Assembly: GCA_051294375.1 (NCBI GenBank)
Contig: CM119269.1
Location: forward strand, 18,788,607 to 18,852,606
Direction of reading: 5' to 3'
Length of the DNA stretch: 64,000 bases
DNA from: Paraspadella gotoi
Lineage: Eukaryota > Animalia > Chaetognatha
A program made the translations under genes and the position numbers. Below, piece by piece: positions 51,898 through 64,000 of this stretch (its first letter is position 1; each line of letters opens with the position of its first letter). A model generated the notes under the pieces. That model was not told the DNA's origin and made no database searches. It saw only the letters and a program-made list of their open reading frames with translations.

Positions 51898-52294
51898 GTA
51901 AGTTAAGTAACTTGCCGATTGATTGATTTATTGATCGATTTAATTTTTGATTGGATTTTTTTCCCGATTATTGATTATGCGATTATTTGGTGATTCTCTT
52001 GATTTATTCTATAATTTCTGCGGTTTGATCTAAATAAAATAACTTAAGCAACTTTTATGATATTAAAAATTCAATGAATATTTTTGTAATAAATTTTTTG
52101 CCAAATGATATTACGAAATTTATTTGACTTTTAAAATGCTCTGAACAGTGTTGATTTTAACGCGACAATGTCAACAGTCTGACCTCACAAATAAGATCGC
52201 TGCTTAGGTTTGCGCCTTATGCGCGTCCGTGTAGGTCGGTCCAGTTGCCGTGGTAAGGAAGGGAAGAGAGAGAGAGAGGAGAGGAAATGAAGAC

Positions 52295-52330
<36 letters not shown>

Positions 52331-52359
52331 ATTGACAATTTCTTTCCTTTTTCTATCAG

Positions 52360-55300
52360 CCCAAGGCGAAGAATCGAATACGAATTCGAATTTCAACGAA
52401 GTTCATCAAGTAAGTTGGTTCATAAATAAATGTTTCGTTAAGATACAACTTTTTTTTTGTTTTATTCCCTCCCGTTTAAATTCGTTTTCTTTTTTTTCAT
52501 TTCTCCCACCCACCCTTCCAGAATTACCTTGACCGACGAGATCTGGAGGAGCGGGGTGAGCAGCTCTGCAAGAAATGTCCTCCGGTCATAAACCATCTGA
52601 CTTGCAAAACCGGATACAAGGCTGTTTACGGACCTATGAAGAAAGGATGTCGCTGCGTGAAAAAATACAAGTGTTGCGAAAAGTGTAAGAAGATCACCGC
52701 CCGTGACAAGAAAAAGTGTAAAAAGGGTAAGCAGTTTGCCGTCTTACATTTTTTTTGTTGTGGTTTTTATTCTATTTAGTGTCGAGAATCTCTTGTACTC
52801 GTTGTCTTAATTTTTTTCGGTTCAGGAAAATACATTCCGCACAAAATCCACGACTGTTGCGGATGTGAGAAAATCGTGTGCAGACGATGTCCCAAATACG
52901 TCCTTTCCGGTCCCGGAAGTGAGTTTCGTTATACGTAATAATAATGTATGTATGTATGTATATATAATTAACTTTAACATCCTTTAACTCCACACCATCC
53001 CCCTTTCGTGTTCTCTCCGAGCAGAGGAGGTCTGGGTGCGTCCGAAAAAAGTCAAATCTAACGACAAATCGGCCAAAAAGCCCAACAACGCCTTCAACTC
53101 GCCCAAGAAGCCGTTCAAAGTCACGCCCAAAAAGAAAATCATCGCCCGCTTCAGGCTGCCGGTTCACGTCAGCAAAATCTTGGTCCAGGCGCCAAAAAAT
53201 CCGAAGAAGGCGCCCAATAAGTTTAAGATTTACGTGTCGAAGAACAAGAAGTGCACCAAGTGGAGGAGGGTCACCACCGCGGTTCGCCGGTTCCACAAGC
53301 GCTTTCAGAAGCGATGGATCAAGATCAAGAACATGAAGCGCAAGACGGGATGGTGTTTGGCCATTAAGGTCGATTGGATTCCGAGAAAATCGAAGCCCAA
53401 GGAAAAGAAGCCCAAGAAGCTCCAAGTCGGTCGCATTCGCATCAAGAGGAAAGTCAAGAAAGGTGTGTAAAGGACTGAGGTCGAAAATTGATTGATTAAA
53501 TGAAAAAGTCATGTTTTATGTTTGTCCAAAAGTCGTTCTGTTTTAGATTGCTACAGGCCAAATTATATTTGATTTTTTTTTCATTTTTGACCAGGCAAGC
53601 CTAAGCCGGGAGCGAACCAAGTGGTTTTCTCTTGTCCCAACCCTTGCGATCGCCCCAAGAAACACCATGACAGCAGCACTAAGTGCCCCATCTACAAGTG
53701 CGAGAGGAGGCCCAAGCCGAAGTACAGGAACCCGGTAGGGAATTTAATTGTTGTTAAAACAGGAAGAGAGAGAGGAAGAGAGATAACGATTCGTATTTCC
53801 TAATCTCCGTCATTCTCTTGCGACGACGCAGAAATGCTCAAAATGCCAAACGAAAACGACAGTGACCGACAAGTGCGGTTATCACCGCCACCGTTGCGAG
53901 TGCGTCACCCCGCCCGCTTGCACACCCAAGAGGCCGACCAAGAAGAAGTGTCACAGGATCGTAAAGAAGAAGCTCAACGGCTGGAAGTGCTCCAAAAACA
54001 AGAAGCGTTGCATCCGCTGCTGGCAATACCGGTACAAGAAAATCAAGGTCAAGAACATCGTCAAGAAGGTGAGTCGTGGGAAAGCGTGGTTGTTGGCGTT
54101 TGGGTCGAAGAAACAAGAGCCGTTGGCGTTTTTAGGGTTTTTCCATATAATCATGGATTCATCCTCTTAATAAATAAAATGAAGTAAACCTCTAATTTTC
54201 TTTTTTCTTTTCGCTCCTCTTCCTTCTCTCTACCCTCAGTGCAAATCGTGCCAAGTGGCCAAGCTGAAGAAGGGCAAATGCGGATCCTGGATCACCAGAT
54301 GCGTCTGCAAGAAGACCGCCCATTGCAGACCCAAGAGACCAAAGTGCCCCGGCCCCAAGTGTCCGAGGTGTTTCACTATGAGGAAGAAATACTTGAGCGG
54401 ATTGACCTATTGCGGCAAGAACAAGAAGGGCAAGCGTGCGTGTAAGCGCTGCTACACTTGGGTCCCCAAACCACTGAAGGGTGCTCTTTCCTCCTCCAAG
54501 TCGAATAAGCCAATCGTGAGTAAATTTGTATTTATGTAGCAATTATGGGAAAATTTTACATTTAAAAACGGAGAAATGAAAATTTAAGCAGAATGTTGTT
54601 TGGGAACTGGTATGAAATTGGTACAACCAATATAAAAATTATCCATTCATTTAATAAATAAGCTATCTTGCCCCTGACTTTGGACAGGCTTTGGTGGTTT
54701 AAGGCCTCCATCACTCTTACAAGATAATGTAATTTTTTTAAATATTCAATTGGCTTCAATTTCATCTCTCTCAGAAATGCGGCCCCTGCAAAATTCCAGT
54801 CCCCGTCAGCAAAAAATGCGGCTCAGCCCTCAAGTGCAAATGCATCAAGAAAAAGTACAGATTGTGCCGACCCAAAGTTTCCGCACCGTCCAGCTGTTAC
54901 AAGGCCTCTAAGAAGTGGAACAAGCAGTACATGTGCAACAAGAGGAAGAAGTGCATTCGTTGTTGGACTGTCAAGTACACGAAGAAGAAGTGCAAGCACA
55001 GAAAGAGGGTAAGAAGTAAATATGATTATCGTTCCTTGTAATTGGTTGACAAGTGTATAAGTAATTAGTTATAGAAGCACAACAATTTTTTTTCTACAGA
55101 AATGCCAGAAAAAGTGCCAAACAAAGATTCGTAAGCATGACAAGTGTGGCTGCGTGACAGACACTTGCAAGAGTCACGTGATCAAGGGTTGTCGCCCGAA
55201 AAAACCCGTCCGCGACCCTTGCTTCAGGAATCCAAAAAAGATTTGGCGAAAGATTTGGAGTTTCCGCAAAGGCCGATGCATGAAGTGCTACAGGTGGAGT

Positions 55301-55444
55301 ACGAAGAGGATCGGAGCCAAACCACAGTACAGATGCAAATACAAGGGATTGCCGAAGAAGTGCTACTCGACCTATACCGTGCAAGGTATGTAATCGGCAC
55401 AAGAAATGACAAGGATGCTTTTTTTTGGATTAATTTTATTTATA

Positions 55445-55504
<60 letters not shown>

Positions 55505-56122
55505 CATTATTACGTTTCTTCGTCTTTTGGTTAAACATTATGCAGATCCAGTATCGACAGTTTACAAAGTATAACTATAAAAAGTAAACGATTAAAACCA
55601 TCGGTCTCTCTCCCAAACTGCAGGAAAGTGCAACCAGTTGATCACCAAGTGCCGAAGAAACGACAATATTTGTTCGGAGCGCTACAAGGGACGCAACGCT
55701 TGTCCCAGAGGGCTCAAAAAGGCAACGCTCAAGTCCAACTGCGGCCGGGCTCGCGACGTCTGCGTCAACTGCAGGAGAATCGCCAGGGGTTTCAAGCCTA
55801 TTCGCTATCCGGGCTCCTGCTTCAGCAAGCGCACACTGATCGTCATGGGAGTTTGCAGAGTTAGAATGTAAGTTCTTTTTTTTAAATGTTATCATCACAA
55901 TTATACCATTCTAATTTGTTACTTATATTATTATTCTCATAATTGCAATGATAATCATAATGACATTTTTATCATCATGGCAGCTATGACAAAAAAGACT
56001 GCAGCTGGAGAGGCCTCTCCTTCAGTCGTCCCTGCCGTAGAGGCCAGAAGAGAAAGTTCTACCGCAACAAGTGCGGTTGTCCGAAGTCCAAGTGCGTCGG
56101 CGGCAGCGGTGGCGGCGGCGGT

Positions 56123-56155
<33 letters not shown>

Positions 56156-56178
56156 GGAAGTGGCGGCGGTGGCGGCAG

Positions 56179-56209
<31 letters not shown>

Positions 56210-57626
56210 GGCGGTGAGTTTAAATGAACGGTAATGAATTGAAAGTGATAAATCTATAATACCTAACCTAACCCGGAAACCCATCCATGTGATCTAATTT
56301 TCAGGTCCCAAACGTGAGTAAACATCGGACTTTATGCTGTGATTTCTGTGCAAAAATTGTTTTGAAATACGTAAAAAATAAGTATATATTTATCAGCTTT
56401 CTTGTTTTTAAAATTAATAGGCTTGATGGTGAAAAAAAAAAATATTTTTTTTTGCATAACATCCCTACCAAAAATTGTTTTCAAATCTATTTTTTTTACT
56501 AAAAAAGGCCTTGAATATTATTTAATCCAACAACATATATATTTACCAAGACCACCAAATAAGAATGAATAAAGAATGGCATTGGAGACTTTGCAATATC
56601 TTATTCAGTATTCATTTGCACCTTATTACTGATTGCAACCATCATCAATCTAACTTTTTTTGCAAAGTTAATTTTTCTAATCTAATCTCTCAAATAATTT
56701 TCAGCTTGTCCCAAAACCAAAAAGATCGACCTCCAATTGATCGTCGATCATTCCGGTTCAATCAAAAATAAGGATGGAAAGAGACTCCGTTGGATGATCA
56801 AAAGACACATCGTGGGCAAACTCCAGAATCATCACAGTCGCATCGGGATTGTCTACTTTGGAACCAAGCCAAGACTTGGCAGGTATAAAATTGATACCGC
56901 AATTCCAGAACTCGTTTTCAAATTCAGCTAAATAAACTTTAAGGAATCAAGCGCAAAAAGCGAACAAATTGGCAATCGGAAAATATTTGAAAATTAATAG
57001 CAAAGGAAACTCTGTCATTCCAGTAGTCTGTTAGGTCGATTCATTATTTTATCACAGCAAACTGAAAGCCCTCAAGCCAAAAGACATCAACAAAAAAACG
57101 CACAAGTATAAGAGCATGGGAAACACTCACCTTGGAAAAGCTCTGAGATATGGTTTGAGAAAATTTAAACCACACTACAGAAGAAACAAAAAAGTGATCA
57201 AAGTACGTAATTTATTGCCTTAAAAGTAATGAGGACTTGACCTTAGGTTATATTATCGACGGTTTTCAATTATTCTTTTACCAGGCCGTCATTGTATTCA
57301 CCGATGGTAAGGCCAATGGGAAATTGAGCGTCTCCAAGGAGGCGAAGAAATGGCGCAAGGCCATCCGCGGCCTCAAGATGTTCGCTGTTGGCTTCAAGGG
57401 AGCCAGCTTGAAGGGTAAGGAATCTCTCTTTCTAAAATTCAATCCTCAATTCACGCCCGTTTTTTTATCTTCCATTTTTTTAAATCACTTTTAATCACTT
57501 ACCTGCTACCCACGACCTGTATTAGGCCTGAAAAAGATCACGAAGCGTCACGCGTACAAAGTGAAAACCGCGAAGGATGTGGACAAGGTGATCACCAAAA
57601 CCATCATGCCTGGAATGTGCGGCGGA

Positions 57627-57676
<50 letters not shown>

Positions 57677-59219
57677 AGGTGAGTGAACCTAAATGTACAA
57701 AGTAAAGCTCATATCTTTTATTTTTTATTCCTTGATGATAATTCCAATCTGGAACAATGTTTAAAAAAAAATTCAAAAGTAGACCATGATTAACTGATAA
57801 TCCGATATAATTGCAGGTTGTCCCAAAACCAAAAAGATCGATCTCCAACTGGTCGTCGATCATTCCGGTTCCATTAAAGCGAAGGACGGAGCTAAGATCC
57901 GTTCCTTAATCAAGAATCACATCGTGAAATTCCTTTCCGGACACCGCAGCAACAGAATCGCCATCTGCTACTTCGGAACTAAGACGAGAATTGCCAAGTG
58001 AGAAGCTCATGAGCGGATAAAATTTCATTCAAAAATAGTTTATACAGATTTGCTTATAATAGGCGAGTAAACCTTTAAACGAAAAGAGAAATGATTTAAT
58101 TCCCTAAAAATGTTTTATTGATTTAATACCGGGTATGGGATAAATTTTTGTTTTTGGTTGTACTAATTTAATTTTTTTACCTGGTCGTTTATTTTCCTGT
58201 TTCCAGCAAATTGAAATTCATGAGGCCCCATGAAATTGACGCAAAGAAACATAAGTATAAGAGCATGAAATACACTCACCTCGGAAGAGCGCTCAAAACG
58301 GCATTGAAATCGTTCAAACCGCACTACCGAAAAAGCAAAAAAGTCAAGAAGGTGAGTTGTTCGATTAGAGTTTCTCAAAAAAATATTTTATACCTGTTTT
58401 TTTTTTAAATTATTAGTTTTGTTTGTTTAATAATTAAAAATCCAATTCGTAATCCTTTCAACTTCTCTTTAGGTCGTCATTGTCATCACCGACGGAAAAG
58501 CCAACGGCAAACTGAACGTCAAGAAAGAAGCGGCCAAATGGCGCAAGGCCATCCGGGGCGTCAAGATGATCGCCATTGGCTTTAAGAAGGCCAGCATGAA
58601 GGGTAAGATCCTGTTGTGGCTTTCAAATCAAATAGATCGATCGAGTAAAATCTAGATAAATATTTTCCACGTTGAATAATTTAGCTAATCGTTAATTACG
58701 TCCATAAATAAATATACCTATTTAGAAATCATCATCCATCAATTAATTTATCAGTTATTTCAGTTTTTTGATAAATCGAATTATTATTATTATTACTAAT
58801 GTTCATCCGCTTTGCCGCCATCCGTCTTTCCTAAAAACACTTTCAATATTTCAGGTCTGAAGAAAATCTCTAAGCACGCCTTCAAAGTCAAATCCGAAAG
58901 GGACGTGGAAAAACTGATCAAGAACAAGATCATGCCCGGAATGTGCGGCATCCGAAAGGGAAAAGGAAAAGGGAAAGGAAAGGGAATCGGAAAGGGAAAG
59001 AAAAAGGGGAAGGGAAAGAAAGGGGGAAAGGGAAAGGGAAAGGGAAAGGGAAAGGGAAAGGGAAAGAAAAAGGGAAAGGGAAAGGGAAAGGGAAAGAAAG
59101 GAGGAAAGGGAAAGAAAAAGGGAAAGGGAAATAAAAAGTCAAAAGGAAAGAAAAAGTCAAAGTCAAAGGGAAAGAAAAAGGCAAAGGGAAAAAAAAAGGC
59201 AAAGGGAGGGGATGATTGA
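52360..59219 (+). CDS. Paralogue B: highly basic Cys/Lys/Arg-rich protein with a discoidin-like domain, Cys repeats, poly-Gly linkers, two VWA domains and a (GK)-rich tail (start exon uncertain)
   Basis: GT-AG exons: 52360-52409, 52522-52726, 52826-52918, 53025-53462, 53595-53734, 53832-54068, 54240-54515, 54775-55008, 55100-55385, 55624-55867, 55984-56213, (56305-56313?), 56705-56882, 57058-57202, 57285-57414, 57526-57678, 57817-57997, 58207-58351, 58473-58602, 58855-59219 (TGA). Two DHSGS...THLG...TDG VWA units. Several exons have the same length as in A (205, 93, 140, 237, 244 nt). Confidence 0.88.
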
Positions 59220-61289
59220 AAGAAACACGATTAGGTAAAAAACTCAAAACCGGAAATCTCAACTCGATTATAATCGAGTTCTGGACATAACGAATGGAAA
59301 AGAGAAAAATCAAATGTTGTCTTAAAAAAAAAACAGTCGTTTTTTAATTATCTTATCCTGTATTTTTCGTTTTTTTTTTAAATTTTGAGCGAACGGGGAA
59401 GTAAATCTCTTCTAATGATCTCAAACCAAAGTCGTTCCTTTAAAGAAAACAAAACAAAACCAATCAAAACAAAAAACAAAAAACAGAGGTGGTGAATCTA
59501 TCCTTCGTTCCGCTCTCGGACTCTTTGCATTTATGGTGGCTTTATTTGTATCAATAAAAAAAACAACTTAATTAAATCTGATTTAATTTGATGTGAGCGT
59601 TGCAAGCAGCCTAGAGCATTTTTTGATTTATCTATATAGTTCATCTTTCCTTTCTTATTAAACTACTATTAACTACTTTTTCCTTAATAAGTAAAAATTT
59701 CCGAATGAAATAAATTGAGAAAAAACAAATACAGTTTTGTCATGAAAAAAGTTAACTGGTACAACAGTTATTCATCTCTCACGTACTTCATTCCCTATTT
59801 CTCCTCGTGGTTTTCTTGTTGCCAGATCTGAGTTAAGACTTAATTTACTAAGACATCCGACACGTACCAATTTATTTACATCGGATTTAGTCTAAATTAA
59901 GTAAATCGAAAGGCGGATGAGTTTCAAACTTCACAAAATTAGATCCTACTTATTTCTTGAACAAGTCTTTGCGAATGCGATCATAGCGTAGCATTTCGGT
60001 ACTTCGAATGAAGAACAACCGGTTAAAAAAAAAACCTTTCAGAGCACACACGCCCGCCGAGGAGCGCCCCCTTTACCCTTCACAAGAGCTCATTTTCGGC
60101 CTCGGGGCCATTCCCGCTTTAATGGGCCATACCTCGACGGGATTCGAATGACCCGCTTCAAAAAGGGTTATACTCATCGTTCGCGATTCAAAGTAGGGCT
60201 GCATGGGCGGCGGTGGGGGGCCGGCGGGAAAAGCGTCGTCGATTGGTTGTGAGCGGCCCTGCGTCGTCCGGCAGGTCTTGGCTTCGAGGTACAACCACAC
60301 CCATTTTTTTCGTTGTCTGCGCGGATTGTGACAAACTTTTGCAAACTCTTAATCCATGGCTTATGTCTTTTTGTGCTGTAATTGTATGTACTATGTACAC
60401 GAAAACAGAAACACCACTACAAAAAACGAAAGCACTAACAACAACAACAACAACAACAGAGGGCGCTGGCCCTCGTGTACGGCGGAAGATTCACCGAATA
60501 CAAATGGCGACCAAAAAAAAGTTTCTTTTTTCAGTTTTGAACGAGGGAATTTAGGCCTAAATTAAAAATCGGAGGAAGTAAAAGGGAGGCAAGGAGACAG
60601 AGAGAAAAGAGGAAAAGGGAGACAAGGAGACAGAGAGAGAAAAGAAAAAGGGAGACAAGGAGACAGAGAGAAAAGAGGAAAAGGGAGACAGAGAGAGAAA
60701 AGAGAAAAAGGGAGACAAGGAGACAGAGAGAGAAAAGAGGAAAAGGGAGACAGAGAGAGAAAAAAGGAGAAGAAGAGAGAAAAGAAAAAATAGTCAAGAG
60801 GAGCTGAAAAGTTATAAAAATGGGGCGGGCGTGAAATATTCATCCAGAGCGGAATCGACGAAACACCCGACGATTCGAATTCGGAAATGAAGACGTCGTT
60901 GGCGTCATTCGTTGACAACATCGTCGTCATTGTCGTCATGGACATTTAACAAGAGACATGAAATGATGGCGACTTATGCGCTATATGTTTTATCACCACA
61001 AAAATAAAAAAATCGTTTGCCGAGGGTAATTTACAACTGTTGTGTATTGATTGGGTAACACTTTTCGCTGGTTCATCTAAACAATAAACATGCTGAAAAT
61101 TATTTAACCTTCATATTACTGATTAAGAGGACCTCTATATACAATTATACATGTACAATTATACATATAACGGGCTGTTTGCCAAAAGCGTCTAGTCTTT
61201 TTGAACACCCTATTTTCTTAATGGACGCCCTTCTTTTGAATATTTAACCATACAGAAGCAGAAAATGCAACGTTATTCCTTTATTTTTT

Positions 61290-61346
<57 letters not shown>

Positions 61347-61373
61347 TAGAGACAGAGAGAGAGAGAGAAGAGA

Positions 61374-61410
<37 letters not shown>

Positions 61411-61536
61411 TAGGGAAAGAAAATTATTATGAATATAGTATCAAAGCAGACAATAAAGAAGTGATGAAAATATTCCCAGCTCGGTCATTTGTCATTCCTC
61501 CAAAGCATTTTGGGCTCATCCAAGAGAGTGAGAGTC

Positions 61537-61621
<85 letters not shown>

Positions 61622-62047
61622 ATAGAGAGAGAGAGATGCTCTTCGCGGACGACATTCGCATAAACAGAAAGGCAGAAAAATGGAGGTACAACGTTGAATC
61701 CGTGTGACCTTATCACGCTGCCTACGAAAACGGAAAATGGAAAAAGAGTCTGGGCCAAGTCAACATTGTATATTATTAAGCTTCATATAGTTTACAACTA
61801 GACATTTTCTCTATTTAACTCGATATCGTGAAACTATTGAAACTCTTGAAACTTTATCAGACGTTGCAGCTTCCGAGAACGTAGTTTGCGCTTTTATTAA
61901 TCATTTTATTAAACTTTTTTTCTCGTCACTATTTGTAATGTGTATTTATTAACCAATGCATTTCTTTCATTACATATTTCTTTCTTTCTTTTTCCTACCT
62001 CACTTTTAACTCTTTCTCTCTTTAATGCTTGCTTGCTTGCTTAGTTG

Positions 62048-62126
<79 letters not shown>

Positions 62127-63239
62127 TCCTTCTTTCTTTCCCTACCATCTTTTTTTCTGGTATCAACGGCGCCGGTTTTCACCTCCGACTCACGAGATCC
62201 GCATAATTATCGTTTCTATGACGACGAAGAAAAACTTTCTGCGTCGTTTCGCCGAGGAAAAAAAAAACTTGAGTCTGGATCCGCGCGACGGAAAATCCTA
62301 GCGAAATGAATTCTGTTGCCGCTAGGCGGCCCCGTCGTCGTTGTTGTTATCGTCGGAAATATAGCTGGAGGGGTAGGAATAGTTAGTTAGTATTCGATAG
62401 TGTTGAATCTTGTAAAAAATTACAGAAATTCAAAATACACGATTTGATTTGATTTGATTTATTTTATTATATTTAGAATTTTCACCACGCTTTATTCACC
62501 TCCTCTATAAACCTTCAGCCTCCACCACATCCCCCAAACCCGGTTCTACGACATCATTCCACCGGAGAGTTGGGAATTCAATTCCGTAGGTCGATTCATC
62601 GTCGTCGTCGTCGTCGTCGTCTTTCTGTTGGTCGTCCTCGTTGCCTTCTCCTCTTTACAACCTCACCCTTTAAAAATGTCCGATTGATTATATATTTTAC
62701 AAGTTAAAAAAAAAAAAACAAACAGCCACCGGAGTTGGTCAAATATTTGGATGATCATTATTCTTCCTCCTTCCTTTTTCTTTCCTCAGTTTCATATCTC
62801 TCTGTGGCGGTACCCTCCCCTTCTCGTTTCCCTCTCCTCACCCACAACATTTTCTCCTTATCCTCTCACCTTTTCCCTCTCACTACCCTTCACCCCTTCC
62901 ACGTCCCTCTCCCTTTTCTCTCTCACTACTTCACCCCTTCCACTCCCCTCTCGCCTTTCTCTCTCACTACCTTTCACCCTTCCATCCTTCCCTTTCTCTC
63001 TCACCTACCTTTCACTTCTCCTCTTCCTTTTTCTCTCTCACTACCCCTATTCCACCCATTCCACTCCCCTCTCCCTTATCTCTCCTTCCTACCCCTTTCA
63101 CCCCTTCCTACTCCCTCTCCCCTTTCCTCCACCCACCCTTCCTCGATCTTGTCTCCTCAAAAATTCGATCGCTGTGTCTCTCCACTTTATTATGGCGCAA
63201 TTATGGTCCGCAACCGGCCGAAGAAGCGAGATTATCGGA

Positions 63240-63640
63240 AAATGCGATCATCGGAAGCAGATGCGATCGGCAGAAGGAGAATGCCGGTTTTGGTAGCGAT
63301 TGCGAACGGAGAAGGATATACCGATAGGAGTTGGCGATCAGTTAGCAAGTAATTTGTGATCGGTAGAGAGATGCAACTAGGAATAGGAGATGCTCGATCA
63401 AGCGATTGCTAATCGGAGGAAGGAGGTGCGATTGGACTTGCGATAGGAGGAAGAAGATGCGACAAAAGGAAGGAGATGCATTCAGAGAAGTTCGATCGTA
63501 AGAAGATATATGATTGAGGAGTTGCGATTGTAAGAAGGAATGCGATGCGGAGCAGTGTGCCGAATCAAGGAACAGATGCGATCAGAGCATTTGCGATCAG
63601 AAGGAAAGAAAGGCGTCCCAAAAATGCGATCACAAGAACT
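63240..63640 (+). repeat. Degenerate minisatellite (ATGCGATCGG..AGAAGG-like units)
   Basis: TGCGAT core recurring every 18-25 nt or so. Confidence 0.55.
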
Positions 63641-64000
63641 GAGACCTCACACAAAAAGAGTTTATGATGTAAAATTATAATGATGTAAATAACACATTTA
63701 CAAATTACAACAACTTAATGTGCAGGATGTTTGTTAGTATCTCATCTCGCCTGCCACCACATTAATTAGCGATTTACTATTTACTGAATATATTAAATGT
63801 TAGCAGAAAACGTATATTTGACAAACGCTTTTATTGTTAAAAAAAATAGCCAATTAAACAAAATATAAAAAGTGTTTTTTCAAATTTTGAACAGTGATTA
63901 TTATTCATTATAGTTAAAAGAAGAAACACTTTTTTGCTTATATAGATCACTTGTTTTTCTCCGTATTGATTGAGTTGATTGTTTTCATTGAAGGCCTTAA

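Noticed and set aside
52200-52252. TAG reassigned to an amino acid (alternative genetic code)
   Set aside because: The ATPase terminates at TAG right after KETYY, and no in-frame TAG occurs in the conserved exons.
55955-56284. Poly-Ala ORFs on both strands
   Set aside because: Alternative frames of the (GGC)n poly-Gly exon of paralogue B.

Overview
This is AT-rich, microsatellite-rich, intron-containing animal (probably invertebrate) genomic DNA. It holds three spliced genes on the + strand. The first is a complete 19-coding-exon Na+/K+-ATPase alpha subunit (5814-17475, about 1000 aa by my exon sum). The other two are tandem paralogues (about 36.2-47.0 kb and 52.4-59.2 kb) encoding large Cys/Lys-rich proteins with a discoidin-like beta-sandwich, about 80-aa Cys repeats and C-terminal VWA domain(s). 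One carries an approximately 800-aa (GGP)n/Thr-rich insertion; the other is extremely basic, with poly-Gly linkers and a (GK)n tail. The most striking signal is a small non-coding LTR element present twice, antisense in introns (16083-16718 and 42401-43052). It has 236-bp TG...CA LTRs, a tRNA-Trp-like PBS and a PPT, and each LTR contains a tRNA-derived head followed immediately by a sequence fitting a circularly permuted (type-P5) twister ribozyme. This makes it a candidate animal LTR retrozyme that would release a 412-416-nt circularisable RNA. A sequence-unrelated tRNA-like+twister cassette (13085-13265) shows the same architecture with covarying pseudoknot bases. The rest is MITEs, DINE-1/HINE-like elements and simple repeats. 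All calls come from manual reading; no database search or folding program was run.
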